64,000 nucleotides of DNA from Monocercomonoides exilis PA203 (taxonomy: Eukaryota; Protista; Preaxostyla), in NCBI GenBank assembly GCA_001643675.2, contig LSRY02000060.1, positions 124,001 through 188,000 on the forward strand, written 5' to 3'. Made by a program: the position numbers and the translations under genes. Shown here piece after piece: positions 1-10,999 of the stretch. The notes beneath the pieces were generated by a model that saw only the letters and a list, made by a program, of their open reading frames with translations, was not told the DNA's origin and searched no databases. The stretch's first letter is position 1. Every line of letters begins with the position of its first letter.

Positions 1-157
1 TTGTCATGTTTTTTTCATACGATAATTTCACTAACATATTTAACTGTTGCCCCGAAATTAAATAAGCACATCTGTTAATCCAATGACGATAAAAACAATT
101 GTTTGTACACATAATATTTGTTCCCAATATCAAATTATATCTTTCACAAAGAAATAG

Positions 158-195
158 AAAAAAGGTGCCAATAAAAAAAAAGGTGCCAATAAAAA
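158..195. repeat. Short tandem duplication (AAAAAGGTGCCAATAAAAA x2)
   Basis: Two adjacent copies of aggtgccaataaaaa. Confidence 0.7.
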
Positions 196-1225
196 CACTA
201 ACCTATCCTCAGCCGCCTAACGATTTCATTCATCGATGCTGCTTCAAGCGTTAAAGAAGCCTCCACCTTCTAGGCATCCGAAGGGTAAATTGGTAGTACA
301 GACGAAAATGCTAATAACTGTTCATTCCCTGTAACCTTCTTCTCTTCTCTTATTGGATTACGGAATGGTCAAAAAGATCTGCGTGCTGCTTCACTCGAAG
401 AAGACGAAAAAGACAAAGGCGCTGAGCGAAGAGACAACTGAATTGCTTCCACTATCGCAAGAAGCTTATTGAAACAACTTAACTCACAAAAATACAACAT
501 CTTCTATCCCACATACACTTGATCAATGTTCAAATAAGAACGTCAAACATCACAGAAATTTATTTTTTCGATCTGATTGAAAAAAGGAACAGAATTTCTT
601 TTAGAAGGAAATTGAAATGAGAAGAAAATATGAATAAAATAGAAAATGAAAAGTTGAAAACTATTTAAGATATGATTCATGATTTGATTCAAAACATTAG
701 ATACCATTTCTGTTAAGAATTTTATATAAAAGTTCATTTAATTTTGAGAAATGACATGTTATTCTTCATTTATTTTTGATTTCATTTCCAATTGCTCAAT
801 GTTAACAACTTTTTGTATTTCTTTTAATTTCAATGATGAAAGAATAGATGAAAATTTCCTATTTAATAATTTCTTTTCAAAATAATCAAATTAAAACAAG
901 TTAAAATCTATCTGTTATTTAACATAGGAAAATAATTAATGTGGAGCCTCAATTCAAAAAAATAAAACGTTTATATGAACAGTTGAAATGAAAACAAAGA
1001 AATGTGAACAAAATATTAAGTTGCTACAAAAAACAAGAAAAACAAAATTTAATAACATTGATATGATTTGACAGAGAAAACATTATATGAAATCTGTTTT
1101 ATAGAAACGTAATATTCGGAGATAGGGTAGCAAAACTGAAAAGAATAATACTCAGCAATATATGATGGTAATGGAATGATCAACATTTTTTGATCATTTT
1201 TGATCTTCTTTTCAGATCAGTTAAA

Positions 1226-1254
1226 CGTTTGCGACTTTTCAAAAAGAATAACCC
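1226..1254. mobile_element. Solo terminal inverted repeat of MITE family C
   Basis: tttgcgacttttcaaaaagaataac is identical to the right TIR core at 5326-5350; ends ccc|atat; partner end not found. Confidence 0.7.
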
Positions 1255-1585
1255 ATATCCTGCTCACATTAGTTAATAAACTTGTTTGATAAATTTGTTT
1301 TCCAATATGTAAAAATAAAAAAATTCGTATAATGATCCTAATTTCCAAATGACCTCTGTTAAATGCTGTTTCAGATAGCAATGAAATACGTTTTGAACAT
1401 TTTTTGCACTTCCATCTTCTTCTGTGTCCAACTTTCTCAACCTTCATGATTGTTCTGCAATTTGCACATAATTTAGGATGAAACACATGCAAAACCTCCA
1501 TTAACCAATTCCATGTTACGTCGTTATCCCTTGAAATATTCAAAATAAAAAATATTTCATCTTTTGTATCATTAATTTTTCTCAT
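1255..1585 (-). pseudogene. Merlin/IS1595-like transposase, N-terminal zinc-ribbon fragment
   Basis: CANC...WKCKKC..RISLLSETAF matches the N-termini of the relics at ~20.4 kb and ~62.7 kb; truncated exactly at a MITE-C end (the ORF tail WVILFEKSQ is TIR sequence). Confidence 0.7.
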
Positions 1586-1849
1586 CTCGTTTCAAAACTG
1601 TTTTTTTTTGATATATTTTCAAAAGAGAATTTTTTATATTTATGTTATTAAATATTGAATTTCGAACTTCATGTGCACAAATTTGATCACACCCATTAAT
1701 TTAAATGTTTCTATTTGAATTTTTATTCACAAAACACATTTTTGAATTTCATATTTTCGACCCTGGATGTATTATATTTATATTTATAAACAGTTAAGTG
1801 TTTGAATTTTTGTATTTTTTGAACTTTTCAATGAATACGTTAAGTTATC

Positions 1850-2617
1850 ATATGCCAAAATATGATTGAAATCTCAGCGAAACTCGATAGAAAGAGAAAA
1901 CTTTGAATTTTGGCAAATATGCAATGACAGTTAGATTGCACAAACGGGAGTAACCGGCTGGTTATCCAAATAATTATTTCAGTTTTCACTCTATTCGTTC
2001 GATTTTTTTGAGTTTTACCATAATTTCTTTTGGAATCAATGTTCACGGCAGGGATTCTGCAATGATGTACACAGCAGCTGTAGCAGGCTGGATTCCTCAT
2101 TCGCCTGTTCAACAACGATACGCAAAAAACGCTGTGACTTTCACAGTTGTCTCAACAAGGCTGGGAGAAATGAAGTCGGACTCAACAGACATTGTTGATG
2201 TTTCCTTTATAAGACCAGATGTTTATCATTACATCGTTTTCAACAACGAAAACAACGAGGAAGTTAATTTCAGAAGAGCTGTGCATCAAATAAGAAAAGA
2301 ATTCAAATCAAGAATCAATGTTGAATGCGCAATTTCAAAGGATGCAAAATCAACAAAACAAACACTGAAGGATCATTAACAAAGAAAATGATAGAACAGT
2401 TGTGCACAAAACAATCTTTGTGAAAAGGAAATTGAAGTGGACAGTTGGAAAAAAGCTTATCACAATTAAAAATACTCCTGAATATGAAGAACGAGTTGTG
2501 AAACACTGCAATCAACATATTTGGTGGATAATACGGTCAAGCCTAGTTTTTTTGTCCAATGTGCAAAAATACTGTTTCACTTATAACTTGACAAAATTCT
2601 TTCAGATTTTTAAATAA
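1850..2617 (+). pseudogene. Tyrosine recombinase relic 1 (C-terminal catalytic half plus extension)
   Basis: Frame upstream of ORF 2008 reads AGYPNNYFSFHSIRS (His at 1987), then AAVAGWIPHSPVQQRYAK, giving HxxR..W..Y; in-frame stops at 1951 and 2377. Confidence 0.75.
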
Positions 2618-2639
2618 ATAGGATTCTCATATCTATTAA

Positions 2640-2790
2640 CATGTATCATTGACGTCACAACACAATGTTTTGTATCTTCAAACGTATTTCAAATAATGAT
2701 CCCATTTTTTTCATATTTTTTTGTTCACAAAAAGTTGATCAAAAGAGAATAATTTTTCTGACAAAATGCCTGAAGTTTGATATTTTTCCC
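2640..2790 (+). mobile_element. MITE family B, right-half fragment
   Basis: cacaaaaagttgatcaaaag...tgaagtttgatatttttccc matches the right halves of the copies at 3837 and 63191. Confidence 0.65.
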
Positions 2791-3162
2791 AAAATGTTAA
2801 TAAAGAACACCCAATTAATGTTTCAGTTTTTTTGGAAGAGTTGAGAAAATGAAAAATACAGCGTTGATAAACATAAATGTGAACAAAAAATGAAAACGAT
2901 TTTCGATAATAAGTAAAAGATGAATTCAATTCACACTTTTTTCCAGTCAAAGAACAAATGGGAAGTCACATAGGAAATATCAGACAATACTGAGGTGTTA
3001 ATTATTTAAAACAAAAAATCATTCTCAAGATATTATCCAGATAAATGTGAAATCAATGATAATTGTTTCGAATACCAATGTTCGAGAAGAAAAATAGAAA
3101 AATGGATTTTTGAATTGTGAAAATCCTAATCAATATTCGTTTCCCAATCTTTATTAATATAT

Positions 3163-3419
3163 GGGTGATTATTTTTGTAATCATAACTTTTTTCGGGGTG
3201 TTGAATATTTAGAATATACATTGTTATTTGCCGAATAATTTTCTTTTAAATATTAAATGTTATTCAATCGTTTTAAAAGTTAATGGTTGATGAAAAATAG
3301 AGACAGAGATGTTTTGTATTGGAGTTGTCACTTTTCTGTGTTCATTAACAAAGATTTAAAACTATGTTGATAAACAGAAATTTTTGTTCAAACAAATATG
3401 ATTTCAAAAATAATCACCC
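3163..3419. mobile_element. MITE family A, 257 bp, with ATAT target-site duplication
   Basis: 23-bp TIRs gggtgattatttttgtaatcata / tatgatttcaaaaataatcaccc (1 mismatch); atat on both flanks; homologue at 39994. Confidence 0.85.
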
Positions 3420-3836
3420 ATATCCACAAATCGAAATTCAAGAAGGAAAAAACAAGATTTTTTAAAAAAATCACACAAATATACACAAAAAATAGAAAAT
3501 AGCTTTTTTTATATCAAGAAATTCTTTTTGAAAATCTTTTAATAAACGAAAAAGGAAATTAAAATTAGATTTCTTTTTTGTTGGTTGTATTAATGAGTCG
3601 AATCCTTTTTAACAAACGAAAAAGTTAATGATATCAATAATCCATTATGATTCAAAAGCCATGAGCTTATGGAAAAAACAAAAACTCAGAAATGTTGTTA
3701 TTTCGATGTTTTGATTTTTGGAAAGTTGAAATGAGTATTGAATAAAAATTTTCAGTTTTAAACTTCAAAAGAAAATTTTTCTTAAGGAACTTTTTTAAAA
3801 AATTTAGACACATATATGGGTAATTATTTTTGTGAT

Positions 3837-4104
3837 GGGGGGAAATATGGACTTTCAAGCTTTTTATGCATGAAGCATGAAAAAATTGTTTCACTAATAA
3901 CATTTTTAAACTTAATTTAATTTCAAAAACAATTTGATTTTCAAATTTGTTAACAGGCATTGTAGAAATCAAAACATTAAGTTTTCCAGCATTTCACTAA
4001 TGTCAAAAAATGGACCCATTTTTTTCAAAGTTTTTGATTACAAAAAGTTCATCTAAGGTGCATTATTTTTCTATGAATACACCTGAAGTCAAATATTATG
4101 TCCC
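3837..4104 (+). mobile_element. MITE family B, 268 bp, nested inside a family-A TIR that starts at 3818
   Basis: ggggggaaatatggactttcaag...gaagtcaaatattatgtccc; the flanks rejoin into gggtaattatttttg-(tgat/aaat)-catatatttttcacggtgt. Confidence 0.8.
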
Positions 4105-4172
4105 AAATCATATATTTTTCACGGTGTGTATATAAACGCGTTGTTCTTATTCTTTGAATGGTAATATCTTGA

Positions 4173-5485
4173 TCATAAGCTCTCTGCATTGCAATAATTG
4201 CAAAACCAAATGTTATAGATAAAAAAAACGAATATTGAATGATCTTTTAATGATGTTTCTATATTATATAAATTTTTTTCTTTTGGTCTGGCAAAGTTCA
4301 ATCCGATTCTTCCATCCAAATAGTCTTGTATTCTTGCTAAATAAGTTTGAGCTGCTTCAGCCACATTATTATTCTTCTTCAGTTTCTGTGATAAATCGAT
4401 TCTGGCTTGCTTCATGTTTGCGTTTCCCTTTTCGCACTTGACATTACGATTATTCAAATACGATGAAGCAGCCAATCGATTCAATCGTACGACACAATTA
4501 TATGGGTAAAATAATTCACAGCAGGTGGTCTTTTTTATTTCGAGAACAAAAAAGTCAAATGAAAGTTTAATTGATTCCTCCTTCCTAATTGGCTCATTTA
4601 ATTTGATGTTATGATACATTGCAGGACTTGTTTAAGTCATATCATAGTAATCATCGGATTCAATTGCTTCATCTTGGAATCCAAGCCTATTACCTATTAT
4701 TACAGCCTTCTCAGTCTCTTTCACATATTCCCACTGGGATTTTGAAATGAAGGCCCAATTCACTACAAAAGCTGTCGCCTCCAGCACCTGCTTCCTTTTT
4801 TCCTGGTTTTCCCAGCTTTCAGGAAAGCTGAGCAAATAAAGCCTGACCTGAAAGAATGAAAGCCGAATAGGTTATCTGGATAACCTGCTGGTTTTGTTCG
4901 TTTTTGAATTCAGACTTTCATTGCCTCTTTTCGCAGTTCCCATAATCGCTCCCATCCCAAATCACCTTGTACCCATTTGTCAAACTGTGTTAGAGATAGT
5001 TCATTTTCTTGAGCTGAAAATTATTCACTCCACCAAACTAAATTCAAACTGCTTATCAAAAGAAAGCCCCTTTCTTATGTGATGTTGTGATCGTCCATGT
5101 GGGTTATTCTTTTTGAAAAGTCGCAAATGTTAAATATCTGGATTAAATAAAAAAGGAACTTATTTGATCATTTCAGAAAATAAATCCAATGAATTTCTTT
5201 ATTATGCAGTTAATTTCCCAATAAATATGTTAGAATATTCTTTTGTGCAAATTCATAAAGCAAGAAGAATTTATTGCTAAAGAAGACCAAAATAGATTCA
5301 ATTTATTTGACCCAGATATTAATCATTTGCGACTTTTCAAAAAGAATAACTCTTGTGTTTGTGTTTTCCACAAACTTAATTTAAGTGACCTTCAGAAAAG
5401 AAGAATTTTCTGCAAAAAATATTCTCATGGCGTTTTGAAGTCTGAGAAGAGAGCAAACATAAACTCAAGACATAGTTGAAAGTGC

Positions 5486-5486
<1 letters not shown>
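4173..5486 (-). pseudogene. Tyrosine recombinase relic 2, interrupted by MITE-C
   Basis: Minus strand reads AGYPDNLFGFHSFRSGFICSA (HSFRSG at 4841-4858); after a frameshift NWAFISKSQWEYVK (Tyr at 4725-4727); colinear with relic 1. Confidence 0.78.
5101..5352. mobile_element. MITE family C, 252 bp
   Basis: ~50-bp imperfect TIRs starting gggttattctttttgaaaagtcgcaaatg; flanks atgt/ttgt. Confidence 0.85.

Positions 5487-5530
<44 letters not shown>
5487..5530. repeat. Poly-A run (44 nt)
   Basis: Direct reading. Confidence 0.95.
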
Positions 5531-5532
<2 letters not shown>

Positions 5533-5659
5533 TTTTTCGAATTTTCCACTAATCAGTCAGTGTTTCATCTCATAAACAACTCAAAATCTGCGACAATCAA
5601 TTGCTGCTTTTGTCATTTATTTTCTTCATCATCTTTATTTTGATGCGTCTTCTTTTTAT

Positions 5660-5694
5660 ATCTCTTTCTCTCTTTCTCTTTCTCTCTCTCTCTT

Positions 5695-5739
<45 letters not shown>

Positions 5740-5772
5740 ATCTCTATCTCTATCTCTATATCTATCTCTATC

Positions 5773-5808
<36 letters not shown>

Positions 5809-5836
5809 CTTTCTCTTTCTCTTTCTCTTTCTCTCT
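5660..5836. repeat. Compound (CT)n/(CTATCT)n microsatellite
   Basis: Direct reading. Confidence 0.9.
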
Positions 5837-7112
5837 GTTATTTATTATTTATTTTATTAATTATTTTTTTAACTAATATTTATTTATTTATTTTATTTTC
5901 TCTTTCTCTTCAAATTCACAAAAATTTCCACTCGTCCATTACACGATTGTTATTCTTACGCACTTTTTCATCATTGATCACTTTTGTTCTCAACCAAGAT
6001 TATTTTTATATTGCACACGTTATACGATTTTGAATTGAATATAACTTGTTTCTTGTTCAAATTCCAAGATGTTGAACGAAACTGTTAATATTCTTTGGGT
6101 AGCTACAAAAAAATATTGTCTTTATCATAATTAAAAAATGAATGAAACGTATGATGGCTGATAACGATTCTGCTTTGTTAATTGGTTCATTCTGAATAAA
6201 AAAATGAACAAAGATATCAACATCCGGATTTATTAATATTCTGATTTAAAAAAAATTTATTTGTTCTGAAGAGAACAAAACATGGAGTTGATTATGAGAT
6301 AAATATTTGAGATTATAAAATGATTTGAATCTTTGCGTTTTGAAAGTATAATGTTGTCATTCATGACTTGCAGTTCACTATCCAATGCAAATTCTTTTTC
6401 TTTCGTTGAATTAACTTCTCTTCCTTTGCAATAATATCATTGCTTCAATAATCTTTTCTTTTTTGAATAAAACGAAACTTTCTTCACTTGTTGAAGATTT
6501 TGATCGAAAAGGAGTGAATTTTTTTTTCCAATAAGAATTCTTTGAATGAATTCGAGTGAATAGAGAGTCATTCAGATTGTTTGTACCTCGACAGAATCAA
6601 ACTTTGAATTTTAAAAATTTCAGACTTTTCCTGTATCTGTGAGAGAACATGGTCTTCTCCACTGAGAGCGCAGGGCTTGTGGCTGATGAGGAGTTAGAGA
6701 GTACCTGAAAAGGTCAGGGGTTCATGGTCTATTGAGACATACATGTCCAAAAAGCTCCAAATGAACCAGTCACTGACCCTTCAATGCTCGATAGTGAGAG
6801 AAATACCAGTAATCTGGAACCGATTCACAGAGAGTGGTCTCAATGGAAAAACTGCAATCATTGAAAAATTGAATCCCAAATATTCACAACATTAAAAATT
6901 CAAATTAATTAAAATTTTCAATTCAATTTGTAATATCATTTTCAAAATTTTTGAATTTTTATTTTTTTATTTTTTAAAAAAAAATTAAAAATAAAACGGT
7001 TTTGAAAATTCAACCGAATCCCATTTGACGTATTTTTAAAATTTCAATCTTCAAATTTCAAAAAATATAGATAAAGGTTTTTTTAATCTCACCCTTTGTT
7101 TCAAATTTCTGT

Positions 7113-7442
7113 TTGTCAAATGAATTCATCGAAATTATGAACTTTCGAGTGTTAAAACCAAATTTTTTTGGGTTAGCTCGAATCGAAATATATTTTTCAA
7201 TAATGTTTATGAATGCAATGATGCAACATCAAGATCCAAGAATTAGAGATGATTATCATCTTGAAATCTGGATTGAGGATATAAAATTGGAAATCGTCGA
7301 AATCGAGTTGGAAATGCAGCGGGCGCAAAGGATCCATGATGAACAAAAGCGCGAAAGGAAAATGCAATATCTGCAAAAGATTCTGGATGACGAGTTCCAA
7401 GCACTCGCTAATGTTATGAGAAATAGAGAAATCCATCCTTAA
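7113..7442 (+). CDS. Small hypothetical coiled-coil protein (likely start ATG 7203 or later)
   Basis: Charged helical ORF in a GC-richer island inside very AT-rich flanks; no recognised domain. Confidence 0.35.
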   Translation: MSNEFIEIMNFRVLKPNFFGLARIEIYFSIMFMNAMMQHQDPRIRDDYHLEIWIEDIKLEIVEIELEMQRAQRIHDEQKRERKMQYLQKILDDEFQALANVMRNREIHP

Positions 7443-7989
7443 CTTTTCAATTTTTTTCCAATACTTGTATCACATCATCCAATTTGAATTTATAGTGCTT
7501 GATATTTTCATTTCTTTTTTTTTGTTTTTTGAAATTGAATATTTTCTAAATTTCAAAAATTCAAAAATTAAAAAATAAAAATTATTAAATACTTGAATTT
7601 CTCTCATTTTAATTAATCCAGAAATTTAATAAATGAAAATATTATGAAATATTTGTCATTTTATTTTTCAAAATCTGAACTGACCAGTGAATTAATAGTC
7701 TGGTTTTATTAAAAATTCCCCAACTAACTTTCATTGTTTTTTGCAAACTTGTGTCGTGAACATCTTCTTGAATGTTCAATTTCAAATCGGAATTTGTTTT
7801 TGTCCCACACAAGAACAGTCCGAAGGCATTCAACAGGACTATGCCAAAAATTTCATCGGTTATTCCAAAGTGTTTGTCTTTATTTATTCTTTGTTTTCGT
7901 TCAAATTAATGATTTTCATTGAATTTTCAAACTAAACTATTCAGAAATTTTCTCATTTTTTATCTGTTTTTTGTTGATTTTTTCTCTCC

Positions 7990-8577
7990 TTGGAATGGCT
8001 ATGATAAATTCTAATTCTTTTGGGCTGATTGGCTTTTGATTTCTCAGATGTGAACAAAACCATGACGTTTTTATCCAAAACAAATCGTACTTTGTCTCCT
8101 TCTGCTTCATCGGCAAAAGTTGAAAATTAATGGTTCACACCACCAAAGAAAAGTTTGTGAATAAAAATTGCTACAACAAATATAGAAAAGAATAGAAAAC
8201 CAGAAAAGTTCAATTGATTGTTCCTCTAGCCACGGAACTTTTGGATAGTGCTAAAGTGGTTAACAATTATGAAAAAGAAATTGTTGACGATGAAAAAGTT
8301 GTAGAGTATGTTCTTTGAAAAAGCAGAACAGAAATGTTAACCAGATGGTTCCAATGAAGATTACTCATTAATGAAAAGAAGAGATATCTGGGTGGAAGGA
8401 AAAAATGACTATCAGAAAAATGAGCTCGCTAACACCTTCAACTTCGTCGAGCTGCATTGCATCATAGCCGGTTACTTAAATTCATCGAATCTTAAAGTTT
8501 CGTGGGTCAAGAGAGAATATGAAATCTTCATGAAAACTAAATTGGTTGGAAAAAAGATTTGCATATTAAATTTGTAA
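7990..8577 (+). pseudogene. Degraded coding fragment, possibly the C-terminal extension of a third recombinase copy
   Basis: Coding-like composition with stops; SPSA-HRQKL across a frameshift weakly resembles SPAMYHNIKL of relic 2. Confidence 0.25.
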
Positions 8578-9436
8578 TTTTTATTCGAAAAATTTTTTGC
8601 AAATCGTTTATTTGTTAATTCTAATTGTTTGATAAGGTGCCTTTTGATGGACAGACACATTTTCATTAATAAAATGATTAACAAAAATCGAAACTTTAAT
8701 TGCACCAATGTTATTTACAACTTGATTAATAAAATAATTGAATAATTTTTTGTTAAAAATGTCAGACTTCCTTATAACTTTTTTGAAACAACAAAAAATC
8801 AAATAAAATTGTTTGATAATGTTTTCTTTAAGTTGATTTAATATTTTTAAATTAAATGGGCAAAAAAAATTAAGTTAAATGTTTTTTTAAAAAGAAAACT
8901 TAATTTGTTTTGAATGAATATCTTATTTTGTTCGCATTGCGATTTGATAAATATATTTTTAAATTCATATTTATTAATTCCATTTAATTTGGTATAAAAT
9001 AGTTTGCAAATTAAAAATTCCAAAAATATTATGCCCCATAACCCCTTCACATCAAATTTGAATACAGATCAAAATACCATAAATAAATATTATCATTAAT
9101 CTTCAAATTTTTGAAAAAATAAAACATTTAACTACGTTTAGATAAACGAAAGGGTCACTCTTTAAATAAAATTTCTTTTCAAATTATTTCTTGCATTTTC
9201 TTTTATTTTCTTTCACCGAAACATTAATTATCCAATAAGCTGTGCTTTCTTCGAAACAGAATATCTCAAAAAAACACCAACGAATAAATGCTCGCTCAGG
9301 CAAAAAAAAAAAAAAAAATTATCCTAATTTCTTCATTCTTTTATTTCAGATTATCTTGAAGACATTAACAGTTTTTTTCAAGAAGAAGAAAAAAAAAAAA
9401 AAGATGAAGAATAAAAGAAAGAAGAAGATGAAGGAA

Positions 9437-9598
9437 AAGGAGGAGGAGGAAGAGAAAGAAGAAGAGAAAGAAGAAGAGAAAGAAGAAGAGAAAGAAGAAG
9501 AGAAAGAAGAAGAGAAAGAAGAAGAGAAAGAAGAAGAGAAAGAAGAAGAGAAAGAAGAAGAAGAAGAAGATGATGATGATGATGATGATGATGATGAA
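9437..9598. repeat. 12-bp minisatellite (GAAGAAGAGAAA)n followed by (GAT)n
   Basis: Direct reading; about 9 units; followed by degraded coding-like sequence to ~10200. Confidence 0.9.
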
Positions 9599-10999
9599 GT
9601 GAAAATGGAGCAGTGATCGCAGAAATACCCGAGCAACACATGCGGCTCAATCAAAAGAGCAAACACAAGGGGAATGTGCTCATGGGAGGAAAGAAGACAG
9701 TTTGCAGTTGGAATGGCCAAGTCCACTTTCTGAGTGGACGATGAGGAGGAGCAAGTGGAAAAGAGAGTGTGCAGCACTTCCTTTCGAGAAAAGGTGGAGG
9801 TCGATGTTGATTTGTGTGGTGACGAAGACAAGAGAAGCAAAAACGTCTTCGTTCGTATTGGATGCAGAAGTGTTCGATGAGCCGAAGAGATAAAAGATTA
9901 TGGAAAAGGATGATGCGAATAATCATGATAATGACTATATTGGGCACACAATGCTCACGGAAGGGGAGTAGAACAAATAAAAAACAAGCAAGATTGCAGA
10001 GAGAATTCATTCTGTTTTCGTGTCTGGCAGAGGAAGCTGAATCAATTCAACATAAAATCTGCTCCAAGTTCTGTGTAAATTGTGTTCTTTGTAAAATACA
10101 TCGCTTGTTAAAAAAGAAGATGTGACGGCAGTGCGCTCAGCGAAGATGAAGCTGAAGATGAAGATACAGATGAAGGTGGAGAAGACAAAGGAATCTTGAG
10201 TATTCGATGGCTCACAAAGAAACAAGAAAATATCTTTTCATGTTGGAGCACAGAAAAATCTGGGGATCTGCATCTTTCTGTTGGAGATGATCATCATTGC
10301 TTTTCTTCAAATAATCCATTTCCAAATCCAATGAATCATTTTCGCAATGAAACAACTTTGCTGCAATTTTCATCCTTTCTGCTTATTTTTGAACATGCCC
10401 TTTTGAAAAGATTTGAATGTTCTTTTGTTCAGTCAATTCATTTTGTTTTTCAGAAATTCATTTCTTTGAATCTTTGGCAATCCTATGAGTCATTTTGAAA
10501 CAGATGCTAACATTAGCGATTCATGAAAAATGATAAGAAGGTTAGTAACCACGTGTCCACTTTTTCATTCATGTTCTTCTTCCCAAAAAAGCCTTAAAAC
10601 ACTTTCTCTTCAAGAATTGATATTTCCTCTTTTCGAATTCTCTTCAGCAAGATTTCCATTCCAATTACAAAATAAAATTTGTTTCAAAGCCTCGAAACAA
10701 TGTCTTCAGGAAAGAAGAGCTCCTCGCTTCATTTTGGAAAAAAAAATTCGCATTCAAACAATTTTTTGTTGGTTCGATCAAATCGAATCAAAAGATTCAC
10801 TTTTCTTGCATTAAACAGCCAATCCAAGGCATTTCGTTGTGCTCTCTTTTGCATTCCATTTTGTTGGGCAAAAGCACTTGCGTCGAAACTCCTATCTGTT
10901 TTATTTTTTCTTTATTTTCAACGATGTTTGTATTTTTCTTTTGTATTCTTGCTTGCCAAGCTTTACCCTTCCTTTTGAATATTCTTTGCAACAAACAGA

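Noticed and set aside
200-500. LLAIVEAI on the minus strand as an RNase H motif
   Set aside because: Lacks the catalytic Glu and other motifs; has stops; looks like a decayed exon
3163-5352. MITEs as non-autonomous Merlin derivatives
   Set aside because: Flanks show 4-bp rather than 8-9-bp duplications
5487-5530. Poly-A as a retroposition tail of the recombinase relic
   Set aside because: It lies at the 5' end as poly-T on the coding strand, and no target duplication is seen
5601-5876. Hydrophobic 91-aa ORF (also the poly-L/F ORFs at 15253-15578)
   Set aside because: Translations of microsatellites
6600-6860. GC-richer island as an RNA gene or exon
   Set aside because: No tRNA/snRNA motif and stops in the + strand frames; unassignable
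9437-9598. Periodic array as CRISPR
   Set aside because: Head-to-tail 12-mer with no spacers and no cas genes, in a eukaryotic context
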